From the NCBI GenBank assembly GCA_963723515.1, contig CAVRQT010000002.1:544001-608000 (forward strand): 64,000 nt of DNA, given 5' to 3'. The translations under genes were made by a program, and so were the position numbers. Source of the DNA: Vulcanimicrobiota bacterium. GTDB lineage: Bacteria; Vulcanimicrobiota; Vulcanimicrobiia; Vulcanimicrobiales; Vulcanimicrobiaceae. Shown one piece after another: positions 1 through 8,986 of this stretch. Under the pieces are notes generated by a model. The model did no database searches. It was not told the origin of the DNA and was given only the letters and a program-made list of their open reading frames with translations. Every line of letters starts with the position of its first letter. The stretch's first letter is position 1.

Positions 1-383
1 TCGCGCAGCAGTGCGTACGCGTGGCGCCCTTTCTTCTCCGGCTCCAAGTAATACGGCTTGTCGAAGAACATCGGGCTGATCTGGTCAAGGTCGACGAATT
101 CAACGATGTCAACGGATTGCGTCGCCTCAACATTGACGCGCTTGAAGTCCTCATCCGTCAGAATGACATACTGGCCTTTTTCGTACTCGTAGCCCTTGAC
201 GATCTCGTCCCACGGAACGGGTTTCCCATCAACGGAGCAGACGCGCTCGTATTTGATCCGCCCTTCGTCCTTCTTGTGCAAGAGATTGAAAGCCAAGTCG
301 TTGGCGCGAATCGCGGTAAAGAGTTTGACCGGAATGGTAACGAGACCAAAATTGATCGCCCCGGTCCAGATTGCATGAGCCAT
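1..383 (-). CDS. ku: Ku protein (NHEJ), N-terminal part; runs off the window edge
   Basis: Not in the ORF track. Manual translation from ATG at 383 gives MAHAIWTGAINFGLVTIPVKLFTA...IVKGYEYEKGQYVILTDEDF...FDKPYYLEP, typical of bacterial Ku. GAGGAG upstream; next to ligD genes. Confidence 0.95.
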   Translation of the reverse strand, partial: MAHAIWTGAINFGLVTIPVKLFTAIRANDLAFNLLHKKDEGRIKYERVCSVDGKPVPWDEIVKGYEYEKGQYVILTDEDFKRVNVEATQSVDIVEFVDLDQISPMFFDKPYYLEPEKKGRHAYALLR

Positions 384-401
384 TTCCCTAATCGTTCTCC
401 T

Positions 402-470
402 CTTTGATTGCGTTGCGCTTCGCGCTTTGATTGCGTTGCACTTCCCGCTTTGGTTGCGTTGCACTTCCCG
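402..470. repeat. Three tandem 23-bp direct repeats upstream of ku
   Basis: ctttgattgcgttgcgcttcgcg (402-424), ctttgattgcgttgcacttcccg (425-447), ctttggttgcgttgcacttcccg (448-470). Confidence 0.95.
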
Positions 471-530
471 CAACGCTTGGCGTTCCGGCTCGCTTCCGCC
501 ACGATGCGGCGGAAACTCACCTTCACCGCC

Positions 531-570
531 CCCGCCCAAGCACTGAGCTCGTCGAAGTATCGCGGGCGGG
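531..570. repeat. REP-like palindromic unit (stem-GAGC-N3-TCGA-stem)
   Basis: cccgccc...act-gagc-tcg-tcga-agt...gggcggg; same core as the units at 22012-22142. Confidence 0.55.
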
Positions 571-579
571 CCCCCGGCC

Positions 580-1536
580 TTAGCGCCAGAGTTTTTGCGC
601 CCGCTTAATCGCGGGCTCGAGCCGTGCTTCTTTCCAGCGTTTTGCGGCCCAGAGGTCGCCTTCCCGTTGGAGACGGCTCAACGCGTTCTTCATCGTCCAT
701 CGCGTGAACTCGTCTGCCGGGTTCGGGTTGCGCTTTCGCGCGAACGTCTCGACCTCGCTCCAATCCAGCGGCATCGAGACCGGCGCTTTAGCGCGCGCGC
801 GTACCGAAAACGGCGGCACTACAGTCTTTCCCCGACCTACCTGAACGTAATCCAAATACACGGTGCCTTTTGGGCGGCGTGAGATCGTGCGCTCGAACGT
901 CGTCTCTTTTGGGCATGCCGCATACACGCGTCGCGCAACAATCTCGCCGAATTGCTTGATCGAATCGTAACTGTACACCGGTTTGAGCGGCACGACAACA
1001 TGAATTCCCGAACCGCCGGAGGTTTTCACAAGCGGCTGGAGGCCGATCTGCGCTAACGTATCGCGCAATTGCAGAGCGACGGCAGCGAGCGTTTTGAGCG
1101 TGCATTCAAATGGATCGAGATCGAAGAGCGCATAGTCCGGTGAATCGAGCGTCTCGATTCGCGAATACCAAACATGCAACACGATCGAAGCGAGGTTGGC
1201 GCAGAAGACAAGCGTCGGCTCATCGTTGCAAATGATGTAGTCGATCTCTGGCGTCTTGCTCTTGAAAGGCGCATCGATTCGAACCGTCTCAACCCACGAT
1301 GGCGTGAACTTCGGCGCCTGCTTCTCGAAGAACGACGGTCCATCGATTCCGTCGGGAAACCGCTGTAGCGTCAACGGCCGATCTTCTAGGTGCGGAAGTA
1401 GCCACGGCGCGACGCTATCGTAGTACCGAATCAGATCGCCTTTCGTGTATCCGTCTTGCGGCCAAAGCACTTTATCGAGATTGGAAAGCTTCGGCTTATG
1501 CGAGCTGGTCGACGTCCGGCTGTTGGTACGCGGCAC
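580..1536 (-). CDS. ligD: Stand-alone LigD polymerase (primase-polymerase) domain protein
   Basis: LSNLDKVLWP, RPLTLQRFPDGI, FDLDP, KTSGGSGIHV and RAKAPVSMPLDW motifs. Likely GTG start at 1536. Confidence 0.92.
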   Translation of the reverse strand: MPRTNSRTSTSSHKPKLSNLDKVLWPQDGYTKGDLIRYYDSVAPWLLPHLEDRPLTLQRFPDGIDGPSFFEKQAPKFTPSWVETVRIDAPFKSKTPEIDYIICNDEPTLVFCANLASIVLHVWYSRIETLDSPDYALFDLDPFECTLKTLAAVALQLRDTLAQIGLQPLVKTSGGSGIHVVVPLKPVYSYDSIKQFGEIVARRVYAACPKETTFERTISRRPKGTVYLDYVQVGRGKTVVPPFSVRARAKAPVSMPLDWSEVETFARKRNPNPADEFTRWTMKNALSRLQREGDLWAAKRWKEARLEPAIKRAQKLWR

Positions 1537-1546
1537 TTGATGCTCT

Positions 1547-3205
1547 TTAGGCGATGCGATCGGTGTCGAGCGCGACCTCACGTCTGCAGCCCTTCGGATC
1601 CTTATCCACTCGCAAACCGAGGAACGCGGGATGGCGCATGAGGCCGTCGCGCGTCCATTCGGTAAAGCGGACCTGCGCAACGAGTTGCGGCTTGACCCAA
1701 TGCGCCGGCGTATTTGCCTGAACGGGGCCGGCAAAGGGCGACTTTTTGATCTCGATCGCGCAGAGCTTCCGGTACAGTTCCGCTAATGTCTTCTCATCGA
1801 ATCCGGTCCCCACGTGACCGGCATATTCCAGTTTGTCCTTGTCGTACAGACCAAGGAGCAGGGATCCAAAACCTGTGCGACTGCCGCGCGGTTCCGTGTA
1901 GCCGCCGATCACGCATTCCTGCACCAGCTGCGCTTTGATCTTGACCCAATCTTTGCTGCGCCGTTCTTGATAGACTGAGTCCCGTTTCTTGCCGATGATG
2001 CCTTCGAGTTGCTGCCGTTGTGCTTGTTCGAAAAGCGCGCAGCCGTTCTCCACCACATGTTTGGAGTACATCACCTTTGATGGATCTGCGATCAGCCGTT
2101 CGAGAATCGTCTTGCGCTCTCCGAGCGGCTCGCGGCGCAGATCTTTCCCGTCGGCATAGAGACAATCGAAGGCGACGAACGTGAGCGGATACTGATGTGC
2201 TGAAGCACTGCGCGCACTCGGCCGATACCGATTGAAACTCCCCTGCAGCCGCTGAAACGAGGAGCGGCCTTTGGAGTCCAAACTGACGATCTCGCCGTCA
2301 ACCAAGATGGGCACGCTTGCAAATGCACCGGCAAGGTCGGCGAGTTCCCCAAACTGTTCGAGGAAATCGAGCCCGTTGCGCGATGTCAGCGAGACGTTGC
2401 CGCGCCCGTCAACCCTGCAGAGTGCGCGGTAGCCGTCCCATTTAATTTCGAAGAGCCAATCCGGATCGTCGAACGGTTCGTCGACAAGCGTCGCGAGCAT
2501 TGGGTGCGTCACGTTGGGCATGCGATCGATCCGAACGTTTGGCTTTTTCTTGGTTCCTGCTTCCGGCGATTTGCGATTTGAGATCCACGTCTTAGCTTTC
2601 TTGTCGGATGCGATCTCTTTGAGCGTCCTGCCGCTCTTGACCGACTTGTCGTCGCGCTCGATATTGTATTTTGGATTGACGTACTGATCTTTATCTTTGA
2701 TCAGCAGCCACGGATCGCCGGATTCCTCGCGGCTCCGTATCCGCACCAACGTGAATTCGCCATTGATCTTTTTGCCGTGCAGAACGAACTTGATCTTGCC
2801 ACGTCCTATTTCGCGCGCCGGATCGGTCCCTTCCGCCAAATTGTACGTGCCGTTATCCCAAACGATCACTTCGCCGGCGCCATAATTTCCCGCCGGAATC
2901 ACGCCTTCGAAATCACGATAGTCCAGCGGATGGTCCTCGACGTGCATCGCGAGACGACGATCCGTCGGATTGAGCGACGGTCCTTTCGGAATCGCCCACG
3001 ACTTCAAGACACCGTCGGCCTCGAGCCGAAAATCGTAATGCAATCGTGTCGCGTCGTGCTTCTGAATGACGAAACGCAGCCGGGGTGAACGTTGGCTCGC
3101 CTTTTTGCCGGCCGGCTCCGGCGTGGCCTTAAAATCCCGTTTGGCGGCATATCGCTTAAGCGAGCCGCTCTCGCGCGCGGAAGATTTCTTCTTGCGTTGG
3201 GCCAT
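1547..3205 (-). CDS. ligD: LigD 3'-phosphoesterase + ATP-dependent DNA ligase
   Basis: PE domain (FVIQKHDATRLHYDFRLE, HVEDHPLDY); ligase motif EIKWDGYR; C-terminal MRHPAFLGLR. Confidence 0.95.
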   Translation of the reverse strand: MAQRKKKSSARESGSLKRYAAKRDFKATPEPAGKKASQRSPRLRFVIQKHDATRLHYDFRLEADGVLKSWAIPKGPSLNPTDRRLAMHVEDHPLDYRDFEGVIPAGNYGAGEVIVWDNGTYNLAEGTDPAREIGRGKIKFVLHGKKINGEFTLVRIRSREESGDPWLLIKDKDQYVNPKYNIERDDKSVKSGRTLKEIASDKKAKTWISNRKSPEAGTKKKPNVRIDRMPNVTHPMLATLVDEPFDDPDWLFEIKWDGYRALCRVDGRGNVSLTSRNGLDFLEQFGELADLAGAFASVPILVDGEIVSLDSKGRSSFQRLQGSFNRYRPSARSASAHQYPLTFVAFDCLYADGKDLRREPLGERKTILERLIADPSKVMYSKHVVENGCALFEQAQRQQLEGIIGKKRDSVYQERRSKDWVKIKAQLVQECVIGGYTEPRGSRTGFGSLLLGLYDKDKLEYAGHVGTGFDEKTLAELYRKLCAIEIKKSPFAGPVQANTPAHWVKPQLVAQVRFTEWTRDGLMRHPAFLGLRVDKDPKGCRREVALDTDRIA

Positions 3206-3229
3206 CTTATAAAGAGTTTCGGACGCGAT

Positions 3230-3257
3230 TGCGCCCGCTCCGTGCGGAGCGGGCGCA
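3230..3257. terminator. GC-rich perfect hairpin between the small membrane protein gene and ligD
   Basis: tgcgcccgctccg-tg-cggagcgggcgca. No U-tract, so terminator versus stability element is unresolved. Confidence 0.4.
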
Positions 3258-3280
3258 CCACGATCGCTCGCGCCGCCTCT

Positions 3281-3439
3281 TTAGAGTCTGGCGCCGCGTC
3301 CCGTCAACAGGTTATAGACGAGCAGGATCACCGCGACAACGATGAGGATGTGGATCAAACTACCACCGAAATGCAATAGAAATCCGGCCAGCCATATGAC
3401 GAACAAGATGACGATGATAGCCCACAGGAGTCCGGCCAT
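3281..3439 (-). CDS. lmo0937/DUF5670-family small membrane protein
   Basis: MAGLLWAIIVILFVIWLAGFLLHFGGSLIHILIVVAVILLVYNLLTGRGARL; AAAGGAG RBS. Confidence 0.85.
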   Translation of the reverse strand: MAGLLWAIIVILFVIWLAGFLLHFGGSLIHILIVVAVILLVYNLLTGRGARL

Positions 3440-3498
3440 GTTTGCTCCTTTCCCGCGGCGCACGCTCGGCGCCATGGCTTGCTTGGTTGGCAATCTTG

Positions 3499-3524
3499 TT
3501 ACCCAAGCGGCCGTTTTCATAAAC
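3499..3524 (-). promoter_or_regulatory. SigB/SigF-type promoter
   Basis: Minus strand GTTTAT-N14-GGGTAA, about 60 nt upstream of the lmo0937-like gene; matches the SigB consensus GTTTaa-N12-14-GGGWAW. Confidence 0.7.
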
Positions 3525-3546
3525 GGCCGCTGAGACTCAAAGAGCG

Positions 3547-3777
3547 CTAGGGCTTAGTTCCGGAGGAACCACCACTTGAGCCGCCACTCGTGCCGCCGGA
3601 ATTTCCGCCGGCCGGCGGATTGTTAATGGTCGTTTGGTTCGAGGGATTCGGGTTGCTCGCCGAACCCCTCCATACGAAGAAAGCGATGATGGCAGCAATC
3701 ACGATAACGGCGATGATCCCAATCGTCGCTACTGAGCTCCCGCCTCCGTCGCGGACTACAACTGGGCGATCATCCAT
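3547..3777 (-). CDS. Small single-pass membrane protein with Gly/Ser/Asn-rich tail
   Basis: AAAGGAGGT RBS; one hydrophobic helix; low-complexity C-terminus. Confidence 0.8.
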   Translation of the reverse strand: MDDRPVVVRDGGGSSVATIGIIAVIVIAAIIAFFVWRGSASNPNPSNQTTINNPPAGGNSGGTSGGSSGGSSGTKP

Positions 3778-3815
3778 AACGTATTTAGACCTCCTTTGCG
3801 ATGGTCGGCCTCGTT

Positions 3816-3841
3816 ATACCCGGAGCCGGTAGAGCACAAAC
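3816..3841 (-). promoter_or_regulatory. SigB/SigF-type promoter
   Basis: Minus strand GTTTGT-N14-GGGTAT upstream of the 3547-3777 gene. Confidence 0.7.
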
Positions 3842-3867
3842 TCAGCAAGGGGAAGAAGCAAAGACGC

Positions 3868-5632
3868 GTGAGTTTTCATTTTTCACCTCGGCCGAATCGC
3901 GCGCACGAGATACAGTGGCGGCCGTGGAGTTCCCAAGCGTTTGCCGACGCGCAAGCAGAAGATAAACCGGTTCTCTTGGCGATCTCCGCCGTGTGGTGTC
4001 ACTGGTGCCACGTGATGGACGAAACGACGTATTCGAATCCCGACGTGATGCGCGCGATCAACGAACGTTACATTCCGATACGCGTCGACAACGACCAGCG
4101 CCCCGATGTCAACGCGCGCTACAACATGGGCGGATGGCCGACGACCGCGTTGTTGACACCGAGCGGCATGACGTTGACCGGAGGAACCTACGTTCCCGAA
4201 GGCCAGATGTTGCAGATGCTCGAGCGTGTCGAGCGATTCTACCGCGAACATCGCAGTGAAATCGACGAGCGAATCGGTCAACTGCAGAACCGCGCCGCGG
4301 GCGCAAAGTGCGGGCGAGCTTCGTGATTCGATGGTGACGCGCGTCATCGAGGAGATTTCCGAGGCATACGACGAGCTTTACGGAGGCTTCGGAACGCAGC
4401 CGAAGTTTCCGCAAACCGAACAGCTGGAGCTCCTGCTGGCGGAGTATCGTCTCTTCGGCGATGAGCGACTGCACGAGATCGTCACTAAGACGATGCACGG
4501 GATGTCCAGCGGCGGCATGTATGACCACGTCGAGGGCGGCTTCTTCCGCTACTCGACGACACGCGATTGGAGTGTGCCGCACTTTGAGAAGATGACCGAA
4601 GACCACGCAGGGCTCCTAAGGCTGCTCGCCGTTCTCGTTTTGATCGGAGATTCGCAATTCGAGGCAACGTTGCGCAGCGCGAGCGGATACGTCCTGAACG
4701 TCCTGCGCAATCCGGAAGCGCAATTTTTCGCCGGCAGCCAAGACGCCGATGAGGCATATTATGCGCTTGCGCGAGAAGAGCGTCGTCAAACAGAAGCGCC
4801 CTACGTCGATCGCAGCGTCTACGCAAATTGGAACGCCGCGCTTGCCTCCGCACTCTTTCGCGTCGCCGTCGCTTTGGACGATGAGGGAATCGGTCAAACC
4901 GCCACCGGCGTCGTCGAAGCGCTGCACGATCGCGTGCGCGATCCGGACGGTTTGCTGTACCACTTTCTGGCGCCGCACGGCTCGCCGAACGTGCGTGGCC
5001 TCTTGACCGATCAGACAGCGTACTTGCGCGCGCTTCTGGACGCCTATGAATATACTGGCGATATCAGATTTCTAGAACGCGCGAAGGAGCTTGTCCAAAA
5101 CGTTGACGCCAACTTTCCACATGCAGATGGACCGTATGACGATCATGCAGCTATCGAGGAGCAGCTTGGAAACCTCGTCTTTACCGACCGGCCGCTTCAA
5201 GAGAACGCGATTCTCGCCGACGGTTTGCTTCGGCTTGCGGCACTGACTGCTGACGAATCCTACCGCGCGAAAGCGGCTGCGATTTTGCGAGCCTACGCGC
5301 GCAGCTACGGGCAAGCAGGGAGCTTCGCTGCCGGCTATGTGCGCGCCGTGCGGCGCTTTCTCACGCCGCCGCCCACTCTTGCGATCCTCGCCGCCGAGCC
5401 GGATGCAAGCGTTTTGCGGACCGGCGCGCTGCGAATGAACGAGCCACTCCTTTCGATCTCGACGATCGATCCCGCGAACGAGACGCTCGTGCTTGAACGC
5501 GGATACCGCAAGTCAGCAGTGCCTGCCGCCTACTTCTGCCGCGGCTCCGCGTGTGCGCCACCCGCGAACGATGTCGCGGAGTTGCGTCGCACTGTTTCGG
5601 CGTTCGGAAAGACCGCTGCACTCTCTCAATAA
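3868..5632 (+). CDS. YyaL/DUF255 thioredoxin-domain protein (apparent frameshift near 4290-4325)
   Basis: KPVLLAISAVWCHWCHVM and GGWPTT, then in another frame GGFGTQPKFP and GGMYDHVEGGFFRYST..W.VPHFEKM. Confidence 0.88.
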
Positions 5633-6777
5633 AGCGGGCGAACGAAGTGGTTCCAATAAATGCAACCCCAAACTCCGACTGCGACCGAGTATGCGATGAG
5701 CATTTTTGACCAGGCCGGCACCGCGCTTCGCGCCGCCATGACCATCAAGACGAATAAGAACGGCACAAAATCCAATGCATGGCGCATTCCGAACTGCGCA
5801 TACCCGTTGACGTAGTACAGGAAGTTAGGGATCGCGGTCAGAGCTGCGGCAACCCACATCGCGAGCACGAGTTGCCTCGGCCTTCGCGCTGCCAATGCTA
5901 GCAGCAGTGCGGGGCTCGTCCACGTCATCGCGATGCCGCCGAAATCCGGCACGACGTACGGAAACTGCGCTTGAAAATGCGGGTAAGCGATGAAAAATGA
6001 TTGGAGCTGGTAGCCGAGATAATGCAGCGCAAACGGCGAACCCACCGGTGAACCGGCGCTGTCCGCGTGGTACCACGTCGTGTACCCGATGTCGGCGAGG
6101 GTTCCCCACCGCGCTTCATTGTAGCCGATCCAAATGATTGCAACGATCAGGAGAACCGCGCAAAAACCGGCGAATCGAAGACGTAGCAAGCGCCGGCCGG
6201 CGTCCGGCTCGTTGATCAACCACGCGTAGATCGGCAGCGCAAGCGCCATCGTAAACCGCGACTCGATCGCGCATGCAGCGAAGAGCGCGACGAGCCAACC
6301 GCGTTTCTTTCCGAACGATTCCAAAAGCGCAAGTAACGTGAATGCGACGGCTGAAACATGCGCGATGAACCAAACGTCTCCGAGCATCGCGCACCACAGC
6401 AAATCGGTGCCCGCGAGCAAGAAGACGCAAAGCCAAAGCGTTGCCGGAAACGATGCACCCAGGCGCTCGCAGATCCGCCAGGCGGCGCCGATTGCGAGAG
6501 CGCCGAGAAGTGCTGCGATCAGCGTTTGATTCGCATGCGTCCCAAAGAGGGCCACCAGCGGCAACACGAGCAGCGCCGGAAACGGCGCCTCAATGACGTA
6601 ATGGCGCCCGTGGTACGCGAGTGCGTCGATGTACTGACCGGGCCAATCGATCCAAACGTGGCCGTGTAAGAATCCTTGCGCGAGCAGAACATAGTTGTTG
6701 TAGGGCGTCGAGCGCAGATGCGAGGTCGCCAAAATCACAACCAACGCCACGGCCCCCGCCGCAAACGTGCGAATCAA
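5626..6777 (-). CDS. Polytopic membrane protein, GT-C glycosyltransferase-like
   Basis: About 10 hydrophobic segments, periplasmic loop after TM1, late GYAQFGMRHALDFVP motif. TTG start overlaps the upstream stop. Confidence 0.6.
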   Translation of the reverse strand: MIRTFAAGAVALVVILATSHLRSTPYNNYVLLAQGFLHGHVWIDWPGQYIDALAYHGRHYVIEAPFPALLVLPLVALFGTHANQTLIAALLGALAIGAAWRICERLGASFPATLWLCVFLLAGTDLLWCAMLGDVWFIAHVSAVAFTLLALLESFGKKRGWLVALFAACAIESRFTMALALPIYAWLINEPDAGRRLLRLRFAGFCAVLLIVAIIWIGYNEARWGTLADIGYTTWYHADSAGSPVGSPFALHYLGYQLQSFFIAYPHFQAQFPYVVPDFGGIAMTWTSPALLLALAARRPRQLVLAMWVAAALTAIPNFLYYVNGYAQFGMRHALDFVPFLFVLMVMAARSAVPAWSKMLIAYSVAVGVWGCIYWNHFVRPLY

Positions 6778-8240
6778 GAGCGCTTCACGATGCGGTAGAG
6801 CGGCGGATAAAAGCGCGTTACTTGCTGAAGACGATACCCGTGCGGAAGCTCTCCCCACGGCAAATAGACCACGTACACCGGCCCTCTCTTCACCCAAGCC
6901 GGAACGTGATCCACATCGTCGGAAAGCCACGCCGCATCGACGATGCGGCTGCCGAAATTGTGTTCCACATACGCTGCGTACGCGAGCGGCGTCGCGTAAG
7001 CCCAAGGAGCAATGATGACCGCGTTCGGCGACGTGTGCGACCGAATGAAAGACAGATAACCGCTCGCGCCGGGATCAAAACGTTGCGCCATCAGATCACG
7101 ATGGAGATACCATTGCGCCGCAACGAGCAGTGCGCCGGCTGCGAGAACGGCGACGCGAACGCGCGGCCACCGCACGATCGCTTCGTTCAGCGCGATCCCC
7201 ATCAGCACGGCGCTGGTAACGAAGGCTGCGAGAAAGTACCGCTCGACATCGGCTTCCGGGGGGTAGCCAAGCGCAAAGGGTACGCAGGTCATTCCCGCCA
7301 CGATGAAGCCGGCCGCGCGCAACCGCTGCGCGCGGATGAAGAAGATCGCGCCGGCAACGATCAACCAGACGCCGGCAACCGTGAAGTTTTCGACCGTTGC
7401 GCGCACGTAGCGCAGCCCATCCCGAAGGTATGTTTCCGGAAGGAAGATCGCCGCAATGCCCGAGCCGACAGGAAACTCGCTCCCCGAAACAAGGGCGAGA
7501 AAACCGCGCTTTTCGCTCGGGTGATCGTAATCCCAAAACGGCCGGCCGGGCGCAATGCCAAGCGTCAGCGTCGGATCGCTTCTTTGCGCGTACACTTGCG
7601 CGCTACGAATCGGCAAGTAAGCGTAAAATGCGCAGACGATTAACGCGCAAATAGCCGCCGCCTTCGCGAGCTGAACGGCCGAAACGGATTCCCAGCGCGA
7701 GAGCAGGATGATCAACAGTCCGATGGCGGCGAGCGCCGCAATCGGGTGCGTTGCGATTCCGCACGCCCACGCTGCCGCGCCGCCGTAGAACCAACGGCGA
7801 TCCAGCGTCGCCGACCACCGCATCGCGCACCATAGCGTGAGCGCGACAAAGAGAACGGCCAGAGCGTGTACTTCAGCCCGCGTTCCGCGTACCCACGCGA
7901 GGCCTGTAAACCCGAAGCTGAGTGCTGAAATCAGCGCGAGCGCCGCATCTTGGGTTTCATCGTGAACGATTCGGTAGGTGACCCAACATGTCAACGCCAT
8001 CGCGGATGCACAAAACAGTGTCGTCCGCCACGCGATCGTTCCGAACGCAAAGATATGCGTGAAGAGCCACCCGAGGAGTACGAATGCCGGAAAACCGGTC
8101 GGATGCGCGATGCCGAGGATATACGGCACGGTCTGCATCTCCCCGACATCCCAATAGCCGACCTCGCGCTGCATCGAAAAGACATACATCGCAAACGGCA
8201 ATAGGAACGCTACGCATCCGAGCGCTCCGCGGAGTCGCAC
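6774..8240 (-). CDS. DUF2723 (TMEM260-like) membrane glycosyltransferase
   Basis: Signature WDVGEMQTVPYILGIAHPTGFP, plus RAEVHAL and YAYLPIRS; multiple TM helices. Confidence 0.85.
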   Translation of the reverse strand: MRLRGALGCVAFLLPFAMYVFSMQREVGYWDVGEMQTVPYILGIAHPTGFPAFVLLGWLFTHIFAFGTIAWRTTLFCASAMALTCWVTYRIVHDETQDAALALISALSFGFTGLAWVRGTRAEVHALAVLFVALTLWCAMRWSATLDRRWFYGGAAAWACGIATHPIAALAAIGLLIILLSRWESVSAVQLAKAAAICALIVCAFYAYLPIRSAQVYAQRSDPTLTLGIAPGRPFWDYDHPSEKRGFLALVSGSEFPVGSGIAAIFLPETYLRDGLRYVRATVENFTVAGVWLIVAGAIFFIRAQRLRAAGFIVAGMTCVPFALGYPPEADVERYFLAAFVTSAVLMGIALNEAIVRWPRVRVAVLAAGALLVAAQWYLHRDLMAQRFDPGASGYLSFIRSHTSPNAVIIAPWAYATPLAYAAYVEHNFGSRIVDAAWLSDDVDHVPAWVKRGPVYVVYLPWGELPHGYRLQQVTRFYPPLYRIVKRS

Positions 8241-8245
8241 TTTGC

Positions 8246-8986
8246 TTATGGCGAGAGACGCGGCGGCAAAATGCTCGGCACGGTGAGCGCTTTCGGCTGA
8301 ATGAACGTCGACGGCGGCAGCGACGGCGGAAAACTGTAGTTGCTCCAGGTGATCCGTTCGCGTGTCGCGTGTCCTGCGATATCGGCAGCGGCGGTCGCGG
8401 CGGTTGGAACCCAATACCTGCCGACTTTCGCGTATGCAATCGAGCCGGTCGCGCGTACGTTTCCGGATACACTGCGGAATACGATCAACGTCGGAAGGTA
8501 TGTTTGCCCATCAAGGATCACTTGCGTGACCGTAAAGGCAGACGCTACGAGCGGCTCCGTCGCATAGACGTAGTCGAGGTGCTTTCCGTGCCGCCGCGTC
8601 TGCAAGAACAAGAACGTATATGCGGGAGTCCGCGGCGCCAGCCGTCCGAGAAAATACCGGTCATTAACGGAGACGACGCGCACGATCTTGACGGGATCGC
8701 CCTCGAGCGAGACGGTCTCATCGCGTTCCTTCGATTCGCTTCGAAAGACGCGATGGGTTTGCTCGATGTTATGCGCGCCGGCTTGCGAAATGTGGTACGT
8801 GAAGACGGCGAACCGCGGTTGGCTCACTTCTTCGAGCGCCGCAAGGTAACGGTTGACGACGAGCTGCGAATCGAGTTGCACGGGTCCTTGAGACGCCGCC
8901 CCAAGCAACGCGCTCGAGAGCGCGACGGCTAGAAGGATCTTGAACAGCTGCTCAATGTGCTTCGAAGAAAGCGTCGCGTATTGCAC
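8246..8986 (-). CDS. Hypothetical exported protein
   Basis: Signal-peptide-like KILLAVALSSALLGAA; beta-rich body; Pro/Ser-rich tail. True start probably near 8950. Confidence 0.7.
   Translation of the reverse strand: MQYATLSSKHIEQLFKILLAVALSSALLGAASQGPVQLDSQLVVNRYLAALEEVSQPRFAVFTYHISQAGAHNIEQTHRVFRSESKERDETVSLEGDPVKIVRVVSVNDRYFLGRLAPRTPAYTFLFLQTRRHGKHLDYVYATEPLVASAFTVTQVILDGQTYLPTLIVFRSVSGNVRATGSIAYAKVGRYWVPTAATAAADIAGHATRERITWSNYSFPPSLPPSTFIQPKALTVPSILPPRLSP

Noticed and set aside
21..407. Plus-strand 128-aa ORF and other long antisense ORFs (e.g. 6621-7643, 13219-14181, 23624-24544)
   Set aside because: Shadow ORFs opposite recognisable genes in high-GC DNA.
402..470. CRISPR array
   Set aside because: Repeats abut with no spacers; no cas genes.
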